NCBI RefSeq assembly: GCF_006345805.1
Contig: NW_021833037.1
Span: 24,168 to 88,167, forward strand
DNA: 64,000 nucleotides
DNA from: Octopus sinensis
Lineage: Eukaryota
Reading direction: 5' to 3'
The notes beneath the pieces are model-generated. The model ran no database searches. It was not told the DNA's origin and saw only the letters and a program-made list of their open reading frames with translations. Every line of letters begins with the position of its first letter. The stretch's first letter is position 1. This document shows, in pieces, positions 39,681-53,491 of the stretch. A program made the position numbers and the translations under genes.

Positions 39681-40478
39681 ACAACATTTGCCGGCGTTAT
39701 GGACACACCCTCACATAAGACGCAGCCCTATTTTACAAGGATATTTTACGGAAACAGCAAATGCTATACAGGATGTGAAACTCGTATTTCTGGATGTGAT
39801 GCTTTGTGTTACCGCGACAGACCACAAATTGGAAAATAAGGGAAAAAAGACTAAAGAACCAAACACAAATGAATGACCAAGAATGGAACACAACAAGAAG
39901 GAGGTGCTGTTGTACAAGCGATGCCTCCGACATATCATCAGGTCTGATCATTGCAAATGGCTGCCAGGTGGATGAAAGTTTAACATTCCATTCAACTTTC
40001 TAGGAGCATTTTTCATTTAGATAAAGAAGAAATGTTCATAAAATGTAACCTAGTTCTTTAAATAATGTAATTTATATATCAGATGTTGGGGAACGAGGTA
40101 AGTGAGGTGATGACAGCGTATCGTAATCAATCTTTCGTAAGTTTGTGATAACAGACTGTGATAATTCGGCTTGTGTTCAACATTTTATTATTAGTAACAC
40201 AATTTACTGTAATGATTTGGCTTGTTCTGATTATTCTTTTATGAGCAACAGTTTTTGCGCCAAGAGAACTTCCCAAGTACGCTCGTCCTGCTCCCTAGCC
40301 TACGGCGCTCGGCCTCCCTTCCGTAATGTGGCCACATTAGACGCATTTGATACATTTAAAAATAAGAAAAGCGCGTCCAATCTGCCGGCAAATACGGTAC
40401 ATACATACATGCATACATACATAATGTTCGTACGTATGCATGCATGTCTTTGAATGTATGTATGTATGTATGTATGTA

Positions 40479-40569
<91 letters not shown>

Positions 40570-40671
40570 CACACACACACACACATACAACAGCTAAAGG
40601 TGGTGCCTCAGTATAGTCTACGTAAACTGTGACTAAAAGTGCAATAAGATGTAAAGCAACTTTGCACTTAC

Positions 40672-40902
40672 CTCTGCTTATTTCAGTGTAAAGTGCACCT
40701 GTGCCACACCACACAGAAGAATCATCATGATTTTTACTTGACAAAATGCATTGTCCGCTACTTATACCGTAGTCAAACGATTGACAATTTGGATTTGCTT
40801 CACATCTATAGAAACACGCCGTGTAACTATGACCAGACGTGGCACTAATATCATTGTTACCAGGGAGAAAAGCGTTGTCAACTACATCCATGGGACATTT
40901 TC
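40672..40902 (-). CDS. PAN/Apple-domain exon B (internal, phase 1-1, 231 nt)
   Basis: Acceptor ttttcttctttcag|, donor |gtaagt; [76 protein letters not shown]. Confidence 0.82.
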
Positions 40903-41095
40903 CTGAAAGAAGAAAATGGATAAAGGAAGTTTTTCTTATTTTCGTTCTCGTAAGAATGGCGGGTGTGTACGCTTATAGTGGACCATTTTATTATTTTGGA
41001 TTAATGAATAATAATAATAATAATAATAATAAATAGATGAAAAATATATATTAATAATAATATTAATACTAATAATAATAATAATAATAATAATA

Positions 41096-41139
<44 letters not shown>

Positions 41140-41140
<1 letters not shown>

Positions 41141-43215
41141 GATCCTTGAGAACTGTCACAACAAGCGCAGAAATCTCAGCACCGCATGGATTGACTATAA
41201 AAAGGCCTTCGACAGTATACCGCATCCATGGATCTTGAGATCGCTGGACATCTTCAAAATTTCCCCTGTGATTTCAAACTTCCTGAAGCACAATATGTCT
41301 TTGTGGAATACGAATCTCCACTTATACTACTCTAATGGAGTACTTGCCTCAGAAAATATAAACATCAACTGTGGAATTTTTCAAGGTGACTCACTTTCAC
41401 CTTTAATATTCTGCATAGCCCTAATACCCCTTACAAGTGAATTAAACAGAACAGGGTATGGGTATAAAATTGCCAATAAAAAATTAAGCCATCTATTTTA
41501 TATGGATGACTTAAAACTTTATGGTAAAGACAATAATGAACTTGAAGGCCTATTGCGCACCGTGAAAGCATTCAGCGATGACATCGGGATGGAGTTTGGA
41601 CTTGAGAAGTGTGCCAAGGCCACTTTCCAGAAAGGGAAAGTGAAGACCACAAATTCAGTCGTGTTAGATGTTGACACAGTCATAAGAGAGCTTGAGCAAG
41701 AACAGACATACAAATATTTAGGGATAAATGAAGGCTCTGGTATTCAGCATGCAAGCATGAAAGAGAAAATCAGGAAGGAATGTTATAGGAGAGTTCGTGC
41801 AGTCCTGAATTCTGAACTAAATGCACGTAACAAGGTGTTAGCTATAAATTCCTTAGCAGTTCCAGTTGTTACTTATAGCTACAATGTGTTGAACTGGAAT
41901 ATGAGTGAAGTAAAGAATATAGATAGGAAAATACGCAAGCTGCTGAGTTGTAATAGGATGCACCATCCAAAGGCAGACGTAGATCGCCTTTACCTTCCCA
42001 GAGCCAAAGGAGGTCGAGGCCTGATCCAATTTGAACTAGCTTACAAAACAACCACAATTGGACTGGCCAAATATCTCGAAATATCGAATGACTGGATGCT
42101 AAAGCTCGTGGAAAATCACGAGAGACGAAAGAAGCTTCATTCTATCATAAAGGAAAACAAAACATTTGCTATTGATCTCGTGCAGGATACCCAAACTGAA
42201 CAACCCGAGGGAAGTACGGCAACTATTGTTGCAAAGAAGGTGAAAATGATGGCAATGAAAAAAGCGCACGAGCAATTGGCTGATAGGTGGGAGGAGAAAC
42301 CTCTGCACGGCAAATATGTGACCCGCAGCAAACAAGCTGATATTGACCAGAAGCAAACCCATCAGTGGCTACGGAGCTCAGGGCTAAAAGCAGAGAGCGA
42401 AGGTTTCATCCTGGCTGCTCAAGATCAAAGCCTATTAACCCGAACTACCAGGCCAATGTGATGAAAAATGGAGCAGACCCAAAATGCCGATTCTGCAACG
42501 ACATGATTGAAACAGTGGACCACCTAATCTCTGGATGTAAAGTCTTAGCACCAGTGGAGTATAAATTAAGACATGACAGAGTTGGCCAATATCTCCACTG
42601 GCTAATAAGTCGGCATTACAATATCAAAACTGCCGACAAGTGGTATAATCACCACCCTGAGGCTGTAACTGAAGGAGAAAATGTAACCATTCTGTGGGAC
42701 TTTCCAGTACATACAGACCGAACCATCAAGGCCAATAAACCAGATATTGTTGTGAAAGACCAAAACAATAAAGTTTGCTTATTGATCGACATGAGCATCC
42801 CCTGTGATCATAATATCTCAGCGAAAGAGTTTGACAAGCTCAGAAAATATAAGACTTACTCATTGAAATTGAGAAAATGTGGCATCTCAAGGCGGTTACA
42901 ATACCAGTGATCGTAGGAGCACTAGGAATGATCAAGAAGGGAACCGAAAATTATATGAGAATGAACCCTGGCTTACCATCCCTGCAAGAAGTGCAAAAGA
43001 TTGTCTTAACTGGTACATCACACGTATTGAGAAGAGCATTGTCGATGTGAGAACTGTTGCTGCTCATGTATTTTAATTTAACTTTAAAAAAAAATGAACG
43101 AACTACTGAGTTTGGTTTAATGGCCTATCAATATATACTATGAGTTTCTTTGCCCTAGGAGTCGGGAAGACACTCGGCAAGAAATAGAAGCAAGTTTGAA
43201 AGAAGAAAAAAAAAA

Positions 43216-43216
<1 letters not shown>
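41140..43216 (+). mobile_element. R4/Dong-clade LINE family B, 5'-truncated, after (AAT)n 41008-41139
   Basis: WIDYKKAFDS, GIFQGDSLSP, YMDDLKLY, CRFC...HLISGC, RHD, KPDIV. Confidence 0.93.
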
Positions 43217-43279
<63 letters not shown>

Positions 43280-44578
43280 GATAGGAAAATACGCAAGCTG
43301 CTGAGTTGTAATAGGATGCGCCACCCAAAGCAGACGTAGATCGCCTTTACCTTCCCAGAGACCAAGGAGGTCGAGGCCTGATCCAATTTGAACTAGCTTA
43401 CAAAACAACCACAATTGGACTGGCCAAATATCTCGAAATATCGAATGACTGGATGCTAAAGCTCGTGGAAAATCACGAGAGACGAAAGAAGCTTCATTCT
43501 ATCATAAAGGAAAACAAAAAATTTGCTATTGATCTCGTGCAGGATACCCAAGATGAACAACTCGAGGGAAGTACGGCAACTATTGTTGCAAAGAAGGTGA
43601 AAATGATGGCAGTGAAAAAGCGCACGAGCAATTGGCTGATAGGTGGGAGGAGAAACCTCTGCACGGCAAATATGTGACCCGCAGCAAACAAGCTGATGTT
43701 GACCAGAAGCAAACCATCAGTGGCTGCGGAGCTCAGGACTAAAAGCAGAGAGCGAAGGTTTCATCCTGGCTGCTCAAGATCAAAGCCTATTAACCCGGAA
43801 CTACCAGGCCAATGTGATGAAAAATGGAGCAGACCCAAAATGCCGATTCTGCAACGACATGATTGAAACAGTGGACCACCTAATCTCTGGATGTAAAGTC
43901 TTAGCACCAGTGGAGTATAAATTAAGACATGACAGAGTTGGCCAATATCTCCACTGGCTAATAAGTCGGCATTACAATATCAAAACTGCCGACAAGTGGT
44001 ATAATCACCACCCTGAGGCTGTAACTGAAGGAGAAAATGTAACCATTCTGTGGGACTTTCCAGTACATACAGACCGAACCATCAAGGCCAATAAACCAGA
44101 TATTGTTGTGAAAGACCAAAACAATAAAGTTTGCTTATTGATCGACATGAGCATCCCCTGTGATCATAATATCTCAGCGAAAGAGTTTGACAAGCTCAGA
44201 AAATATAAAGACCTACCCATTGAAATTGAGAAGATGTGGCATCTCAAGGCGGTTACAATACCAGTGATCGTAGGAGCACTAGGAATGATCAAGAAGGGAA
44301 CCGAAAATTATATGAGAATGATCCCTGGCTTACCATCCCTGAAAGAAGTGCAAAAGATTGTCTTAACTAGTACATCACACGTATTGAGAAGATGTGAGAA
44401 CTGTTGCTGCTCATGTATTTTAATTTAACTTTAAAAAAAAAAAAATTTTTTTTAAATGAACGAACTACTGAGTTTGGTTTAATGGCCTACCAATGTATAC
44501 TATGAGTTTCTTTGCCGTAGGAGTCGGGAAGACACTCGGCAAGAAATGGAAGCAAATTTGAAAGAAGGAAAAAAAAAA
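43280..44578 (+). mobile_element. Second family-B copy, shorter, between two (AAT)n tracts
   Basis: Near-identical to 41920-43216. Confidence 0.92.
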
Positions 44579-44603
44579 ATAATAATAATAATAATAATAA
44601 TAA

Positions 44604-47600
44604 GAGAGAACACCGGGGACGTTTAAGATGTAAGAAGGAAAATACAGAGCTCCGAAATGATGTATTTTGACTCGATATCATCTCCACGCAACACATGTAA
44701 ACATGCGTAGAACATCAAGATCATCCCCGACCCTAAACACCATGTACAAAGGAACTACGAAGAAATTAAATGCCACCGATACTATTCAACCCAAGAATAA
44801 CAATCGAGCGGTACGTACATTAAACTTACAACAAAAAATGTACGAAAAACTACACGTGCGAAATAATGTGACAACAGAAATAAACGGACCGGTACCCTAC
44901 GAAAATGACGACCGTCAAAATAATGGGCCGGACGTTGTACCTCATGTCCCGCAAATAAAACCCAAAAGACGTAAATGGACACGTGAGGAATACATTTCTA
45001 TCTTACACGCATACTTCACAGCAGTACTCTACCCAAAAAATGAAAATACAACAACACATACATATAAAATATGGAAGGAAAATAATAGAGATATAGACTT
45101 GGATACAGCAATGAACCCTAATAAATTAGCTAACGTACGAAGATACATTCTCAACACAAAAAAAATATCAGAAATAGAAATAGAACACCTAAAAGAAAAC
45201 ATACACCAGGAAAATGTAGATAGAAGCCACACAACAATGCCCAATAATATAAACACTGAAACTGTAAAACACGAAGACAAACGCAACATTCCCAGAAACA
45301 CGATGCAAACAACGAAGGGGAGCCTAATGATTATGATAATATAAAAAATAAAATAATCAAAGAACTGAAAACCACAGAGCTCAAAATGGACCACCGACCA
45401 TACCTCCCAAGAATCAAAATAAACAAAATAACAACACCTATTATAAACAGCATAAACCTAGCCGTCACTGAACTGATAGCCACTGAAACAAAAAAAAGTG
45501 ATATCACTGAGCTAAATAACCTAATATACGCAGCAGCCACTGCAGCCACAAAAGAAGCTGGATACTCACCCAAACCCGCCCAAACAGGAGTACCACCACC
45601 CAAACAAACCCTGTGGATAAATAACATCCAAAGCAAAATAAAAAAAATTAGAAAAGACCTGTCGATTCTTAATGAAATCAGCAAACAATCAACGCTACTG
45701 AGCAACAAAAAGAGAACAAAAATACTCCGCAAATATAACATCACACAGAAAGATTTGCCTGAAATAAAAGAAAAGCTGAAGCAAGATATCCTTGCCAAAG
45801 CACAAAGGATCCGCCGGTACAAGAAACGCCAACGCTTCTTTGAAGAAAACAAAAAGTTCAACTCCAACCCCCAAAAGTTCTACCAAGAACTGGGCAAAAA
45901 TAAAATAGAAGTCACTGCAGCACCAACGGCAGAAGAATTGGAAGAATTCTGGGGAGAAATATGGTCGGCGAACGAACCACCAAAAAAAAGGAGTATCAAA
46001 ATAACAAACTCGGCATCTGAACAACTTTGGACCCCCATAACAACTGAAGAGGTCACCCAGGCACTGCAAAGACTAAGCAACTGGAAGGCACCTGGGCATG
46101 ACAAGATCCCCAACTTCTGGTTGAAATATCTAACAGGAATGCACAAAAAGCTGGCTGAAAACTTTAACAACGTACTAGCAGAGCCAGAGACAATGCCTGA
46201 ATGGCTCACGAAGGGGAAAACCATCTTAATTCCCAAATCAAATGAAACAGATAAACCAGAAAACTACAGACCAATAACCTGCCTCCCTACTATGTTCAAG
46301 GCATTTACTGCAGTGATATCACAAAGGCTGAACAAGCACCTGGACGAAAACAAACTGTTCCCAGAAGAGCAGAAAGGATGCCGCAAAGGCTCATATGGCT
46401 GTAAAGATCAACTAATGATTAATAAAGCCATAACTGAAGACAGCCACAGAAAGAAGAAAGGCCTCAGTATGGCCTGGATTGACTACAAAAAGGCGTTTGA
46501 TAGCATCCCCCACACATGGATCCTCGAAACACTAGCCATTAACAAAGTAGCACCAACAATCATAAAATTCATAGAGCACTCTATGAATAAATGGCAAACA
46601 GTCCTACACCTCCAAACAAAAGAGGGACTCATGAAAACCAAAGACATCCCCATTAGAAGAGGAATATTCCAGGGAGACACGCTCTCTCCACTCCTTTTCT
46701 GCTTGGCACTGTCACCTCTATCTGATATGCTAAATAGAACTAGATGCGGATATAAATGTTACGGCAAAACGATCAGCCACCTTTTATATATGGATGACCT
46801 AAAACTATACGCTGCAAATGACAAACAGCTGGAAACACTATTAAAGACAGTTCATGGATTTACCAAAGAAATAAATATGAAATTTGGATTAGAAAAATGC
46901 GCCAAAGTAACCATGAAAAGAGGAAAACTAGTTAAGAGTAACAACATCACACTAGATAAAACCAATGAAATAAAAGAATTAGACCAAAGCCAAACTTACA
47001 AATACTTAGGAATCCATGAACTAGATAAGACACAACACACACAAATGAAAGAGAAAATTAAAAAAAGAATATTATAGACGAGTTAGATCAATACTAAACA
47101 CAGAGCTCAATGCTAAAAACAAGATAATAGGTATCAACACTTTAGCTGTCCCGGTTATAAGTTACAGCTACAATATCCTTAACTGGACACGAAATGAACT
47201 GACCAAAATAGATAGGAAAACAAGAAAAATAATGACAGGATCTACGATGCATCACCCAAAATCTGACATAGAAAGACTATATATACAACGTATAGAAGGT
47301 GGTAGAGGCCTTATACAGCTGGAAAACTACTATAAAATAACCACCATAGGACTGCAAAAATATCTACTTCAGAAGGAAGGAAAACTGATCCAGATAGCGG
47401 CAAAACACGAGCAAAACAAAAAACTGTTCTCAGTATTTAAGGAAGCTGACAAATACAAACAAGAAATCATACCACCTAATAAACATGAAGAAGAAGAAGA
47501 AGATGAAGAAACAACAAAGCTATAAAACAAATGAAATCCAAACTAAAAATAGAACAGCAACGAGCCATGATAAAACGATGGCAAGAAAAGCCCCTTCATG

Positions 47601-48439
47601 GTAAATACTGGACTAAACTAAACGCAAAAGAAATAGACAAAGAAAAATCCCAGCAATGGTTGAGAAGCTCAGGACTCAAAGCAGAAACAGAGGGATTTTT
47701 AATTGCAGCACAAGACCAAAGCCTCCCCACCAGAAATTACCAAAAACATGTAATGAAAAGAAATATTACAAGTAACTGCAGAATATGTGGAGATGGACAA
47801 GAAACAATAAATCATATTATCTCTAGCTGCCCAGTCCTGGCTAAGAAGGAATATATTCACAGACATGACAGAGTTGGAACCTACATACATTGGAAGCTAT
47901 GCCAACATTATGGAATAACAACAGAAAAAAGATGGTATAGGCACACACCAGAAAAGGTCACAGAAAACGAGAAAGCAACCATACTCTGGGATATGCCGAT
48001 ACACACAGATAGAGAAATTAAGGCCAACAGACCAGATATAGTTGTCAGAGATCATGAAGAAAAAAAATGCTTTCTAATTGATGTATCAATACCGGCTGAT
48101 GACAACGTGTCTCTAAAAGAAATGGAGAAACTCTCAAAATACAAAGACCTGGAAATAGAGGTAACTAGAATGTGGAATCTGAAAACAGAAACAATTCCTA
48201 TCATAGTAGGTGCATTAGGCATGATAAAAAAATATTCAGACAAATACATAACAAAAACACCAGGACTTACAATCACATATAACATACAGAAAATTGCACT
48301 ACTAGGCACTGCACACATCCTACGCAGAACACTTTCCATACAATAACCATCAAAGCATCACAACAAATCACAGCACATACCCAAGGCACACAGAGCTGCG
48401 CTCGGTAGTGAAGTGAAAGCACGCTATAAAATAAAACTA

Positions 48440-48442
<3 letters not shown>
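44604..48442 (+). mobile_element. R4/Dong-clade LINE family A, apparently full length (~3.8 kb); single ORF (Myb-like + RT + CCHC + REL) broken by about three 1-nt frameshifts
   Basis: ORFs 44667-45344 (RRKWTREEY), 45386-47077, 47232-47525 and 47531-48346; very close to the 26463-29776 copy; (AAT)n on both sides. Confidence 0.95.
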
Positions 48443-48479
<37 letters not shown>

Positions 48480-48693
48480 TAATAATAATAATATAATAAT
48501 GATAATAATAATAGCAAAATAGAAGCGTGCCATTGTTATCAAGTGAACGATAATTTGTACAGAATGGAGAAAAGAGGGTACTCTTGACGGACTAATAGGG
48601 TAATCTGAAACAGATCCGGGAGGTAGCCTTTAACTTTAGCCATTCAGCAGATATTCAAAAAATTAACTTGTCAATCTACTTCAATCTACTTAA

Positions 48694-48881
48694 TTTTGGT
48701 TAATATATATAGAACTGAGGTAACTCCCCTTGAAGATATAGATTGACAAGTTTATTTTTTGAACCTGTGGAAAACACACGAGACGTCGAGATAGCGTTCA
48801 TTTGATAACAATGGCATTCTTCTATTTTGGCTTCTATATCTTCTGAAGGAGTTACCTCAGTCCTATATATATTAACCAAAA
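48694..48881. mobile_element. Small MITE-like element with ~45-bp imperfect inverted ends
   Basis: TTTTGGTTAATATATATAG(A/G)ACTGAGGTAACTCC appears on both strands. Confidence 0.6.
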
Positions 48882-49029
48882 TAATTATAATGATAATAAT
48901 AACAATCATAATTACTATTTCACTTATTGATCACTAGGGCCGACATATAGCAATTCAGTAGACGTGGAGAGGGGAGATATTACATAAAACAACGAGTACA
49001 CAATTAAAACAGTAACAATAATATCAAAC

Positions 49030-52000
49030 AAGAAGAATATAACATTGAAAGCTTCCCTGAGTTGGGCTCAGTTACCCCACCAATACTGAACCACTCGACA
49101 CTTCGAGCGCATCCGGGAAGGGCACCCTTCTCCCTCTCAAATCCATCGCCTACAGGCGCATTATTAGAGTAAGTCCACTCACACTGGCCATTTTCGCTAC
49201 ATTCACCCACCTCTTAGCACATTTCCTTGGAGGCAGCACTCATCTCTCTACCCTAATCTTTCTTTCCAAGTGAAATTTGAAAAAGTTGACATGGGATTGG
49301 TCGAAGAGAAAAGTGTCTGTCTTCAGTTTTATCAACCTGGTCCACCATACAACTCCTTTCGCTACTACGATCAGACAGAGGAAATTTGCCTACCCTCCAG
49401 GACCAACGGAAGGCGGCAGACCGATCTTCACTGTGGATTCAGCCAATAGCCGTATCCGTTCTACACGTGTTTAATCTAAATCAAAAATAATTTAAATAAA
49501 ATTATCCTCTCAACGTAAGTGAGACACATTACAATTATTCAAGCTGCTCAACATAACTCCGCAAGTCAGTAGTGCACGGACACTGGTCGATTCCTCGCTC
49601 TGCGCACATCTCGGTCAGGTCTGTCTGACAGCGCTTCCGCGCCTGTATAGTTTATCTCGAACCTGCAGTGCCCCCTGATAGCACTGGCAAGCAAGGATTT
49701 CTACTAGTTATCCATCGGTCCCAGCTCGAAAGTCCTCCTGAACAGACTGCTCAGTTGGACATCATCGATGTCTAGTGCCTCTCCAAGGGCGTCATCGCTC
49801 TTTCCCTCCATTAAGTTGCTATAGAAATCGAGAGTGGACGTTCCACACTTGAAGAGGGGGCGCTCCAGTTTGGCGAGGTATGAACGGAGGTAAGACATGG
49901 GCGAGATGTATGGATTCGCCACCTCCCCTCGACCTTTCAGTGATAGCTTCCTCGTAGCCCACTTCTGGGTGAGACTGGCTACCCTACTCGTCACCTCGTC
50001 CAAACTCTTATCCACCTGGAGGTCTGGTCCGAACCAAATCCAAACTTTACTGGTCCGTCCGTCTGGTGCCCAGCGACGCTGTTGGACGGCGTGGACTTGC
50101 CTCTCCAAGTGCCGAGTTGCAAGCCACCGACTTTCCCGGTTTAAGTTTTGCCCCTGTCAGCTTTTGATATTCCTCCAATGATGTGCCGACCACTTCGATT
50201 TCTGAGGCGTCCGACACCATCACGGTGATGTCATCCGCATAAGCCGACACATCCCTTCTGCGTCCCGGTTCGAGCGGGATTCTCTGCAGCAGCTCCAGTT
50301 TCCGCGGTAAAGGCTCAATAGTCAATACGTACAGAATGAAGAAGAGAGGATACCCTTGAGGGACTAATAGGGAGATCTGAAACAGATCTGAGAAGTGGCC
50401 TTTAACTTTGACCATTCAGTTGATGCTGCTGTGAATTGCAGCGATCCAGCCTCTGAAGACGAGGCCGAAGTCATCCGCTTTGAGAATAGCCTCCAGATAT
50501 CGATGGCTGACCCTATCGAATGCTTCCGATTGATCTAAATTGATCAGCGCCCCCACCGAAGCCAGGTTTACACACTACCCTTCCAATGATGTATCGCATG
50601 AGGTGGAGGCTGTTATTTATGGACCTGGTCGGGATTGCGCATGTTTGCGCCTCCTCAACCAAATCCTCGATGACAAGCGCTAACCTCTTGGACTAAATCC
50701 TAAACTCTGTGTTAAGCAGAGTTATGGGCCTGAAGTTATTTAATGTGACCCTCTTGATTTCATCTGTCTTTATCAACGTCACTATGCGTCGGTTCACAGA
50801 ACTCGGAATACGCCTGTTCTGCTGCCAGTTGCAGTAGAGCGCTTCGAAGAGATCGGAGAACAAGTCAAGCATATCTACATAAAGCTCATAGGGCAGACCA
50901 TCTAAACCAGGTGCCTTGCGACTTCTCCGGCCGACAAGGGCATCCTGAATTTCGGCTGAAGTTATCTGCAACCATGGCACACAGCGTCGACCGTCGAGAG
51001 ACGTGGCAAGCCGTCGTAGAACAGCTTTGATCCCCTCGTTTGTTAGAGAACGTGCCTTGGCTCTAACAATGCAACCTTCATATTTTGCATTGAAGAACTG
51101 GTCTAATACCAGTCTCGCTGCTAGCACTTCGGTTGCAATGCCACTACAAATAGCCTCGACTAGTTTTGCTACTAACTCCTCCTTCTTTCTATTTTTTTTC
51201 AAACGCTACTTCTTTGCTAAACCTTAGCGATATTACTCTAATCTTTCTTTTGAGAGCCACTCACCAACAGCTGTTGACGACTCCCTCCCCGGTCAACTTC
51301 TGCTTAATTAAATTGTTGACCTGGTCCCTGTAAGCCTTGAGTATCGGAAATGATATTTTCAACTTCCAGTATCCGGGTCCTAACCTACGCATCTTATCTA
51401 GTTCGACCGTACATATTACAAACTTATGATCTGAATAGGCGACCGTTTAAAAAGTGGACATCCCACACTATTACTATCTATCTTCCCACTGAAATTCCTA
51501 TCTATATACGATCTAGATGACCCTAGGCGGTTGGTCCAGGTCCACTCTGGCGCATTAGCGAAATCTCGTCGGTACCTGTTAGATAGTTGGAACTGGTTGA
51601 TCAGGAACTTGAGGCTTTTGCACCTGCCTCTTCTATCAGCTACACCCACACAATCCCAGCGTTGGTTTAAGATTCCGTGCCAGTCCCCACTAATAGTAGA
51701 GGACGAGACGTACATAGAAAGGCTTCCAGACGCCTAAACAAATCCAGCCGTTTGGCTCCAGTAGGGGCGTAGACGGCCAGCAGTCTAAAGACACCACCTT
51801 CACTATTGCTCACGTCGTGCTTGAAAAATAGGTCAAGAACCAATCTCGCCACCTTTCCTAAATGCTGCTTATCGCTTCCTAACTGGGTCTCCACCTACTC
51901 TAGATTTGTTTATCACTAATGCTCTACTAGCATCTCTATTGTAGGAGCACTTTTTAGAGTCATCCATCATCAGTTGTTGACGATTGCAGCCGTCAATTTC

Positions 52001-52570
52001 GGGTGGACTAACTTACTAACACGTCTCTGAAAGCTTGGCGCACCGTGAAAGATGCGTTCGGCTTCTAGTGTTCAAGCACAGCCAATGGAGCTTATCTACA
52101 TCCACCGTACAGATCGCAAATTTGTGTTCTGTGTAGCCGACTACTTTAAATTGTGGACAGCATATGCAATTCCTATCTTCTACAATACAGAAAACTCCAT
52201 CTAGAATCGACCAGGATGACCTGATGCCCATGTCTACATTGGTGCATTCAGGTAATCCAGTTGAAACTTGTCAGTCATATTGAAACGACTGGGCAGGTTT
52301 AAGAGGCTTTTTGCATCTTCTCCTATCAGCCTCACACAGTTTAGACGTGTAATGAAGATTTTCCGAGGAACACCTCCCGAAGCTCGAAGAAATTTGGCCG
52401 CCCTTCTCCCATTGGAAAAACATTGATTGCCACAGACCTGAAACGACCACTTTTCGCTACCACCAACGGCCAAAACAACCAACTTGCTGACCAAGCCTGG
52501 GAAGATTGGCTTCATCTCAAGTTTCAGTCCTTTCCGAAACAGCACTGCCATTCCGCGTCCCATTACAGGT
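49030..52570 (-). mobile_element. Tx1/L1-like LINE, decayed (49030-52050), plus an extra endonuclease fragment (52050-52570)
   Basis: EN (VYAPTG, APEWTW, YIDR), RT (KAPGLDGLPYE, FRPITLLNTE, NLDQSEAFDRV, VPQGYPL, SAYADD), C-terminal RWVNVAKMA. Confidence 0.85.
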
Positions 52571-52629
52571 CAATGGAAAGGGGAATGAAGCGGAGATCTC
52601 AAATTCATCAAAAATAGGCGCGAAATTTG

Positions 52630-52710
52630 TTTTTACGCAATGGCTACCACCGGTGCTCCAGCATGGCCGCAGTCAAATGACTGAAACAAGTAAAAGAGTA
52701 AAAGAGTATA
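52630..52710 (+). mobile_element. Retroposon 3' stub with (AAAAGAGT)n tail
   Basis: CCAGCATGGCCGC is shared with the CR1 3' end at ~18390; 8-mer tail. Confidence 0.55.
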
Positions 52711-53130
52711 TGTTCACGAAAGAGTATTTTCGAAGACTATGAAAGTTTATCCTTGCAGGGATAAACTCAAAAACGGATAATTTTCTTTTCTTATTTCGAT
52801 TGAAAGGTATATGGGTTTCGAACCAAACTGATGCGATAGACTGAGATGCTGCAATATATGGAGCGACAGAACACAAGAGTTGTATCAGGAAATATTGATG
52901 GTTGTTAACATACAGAATGGGACGACGTGGCGATTACACAATACCAAACATTTTGCAAGTGAACCTAATTCAATGAAACTTCAATATTCACACACACGCA
53001 CAAGAATATTTGACTGCAAAATAAATGAATACACTTTCGAAATATTAAGTAAGATTTATGCGGAGAATATCACTGCTGAACAGAGCGGTTCTAAAGATAT
53101 GTTTAACAGATCCCGACCCAAAAACTGACA

Positions 53131-53134
<4 letters not shown>

Positions 53135-53175
<41 letters not shown>

Positions 53176-53304
53176 TCTCTCTCTCTCTTTCTCTTTCTCC
53201 TTGTCATTCTCTCTCTTTCGTCTCCTCTCTCTCTCACTCTCACTCTCTCTCTTCTCTCTCTGTCTCTCTCTCTCTCTCTGTCTCTGTCTCTCTGTCTCTC
53301 TCTG

Positions 53305-53350
<46 letters not shown>
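53135..53350. repeat. (CA)n-(CT)n/(CTGT)n microsatellite
   Basis: Direct reading of the sequence. Confidence 0.95.
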
Positions 53351-53351
<1 letters not shown>

Positions 53352-53491
53352 TTCTCTCATTGAATCTGACTTGTACACGCATACATGAAGACATTCTGTT
53401 TACTTTGGAGTTAGCAATGGAGGCAACGAACCCAGCTTACAAACGAAAAATATTGTATATGAAGCGTTGGATTAGCAAAGTGTACGGCGTA

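Noticed and set aside
39690-39839. PAN-like spacing KCYTGCETRISGCDALCY on the + strand
   Set aside because: It is on the opposite strand, lacks the later C-x-L, has no convincing splice sites and runs out of a TG repeat.
40839-41036. + strand ORF with a hydrophobic stretch ([15 protein letters not shown])
   Set aside because: It is antisense to the exon B acceptor, ends in an AAT repeat and has no support as a gene.
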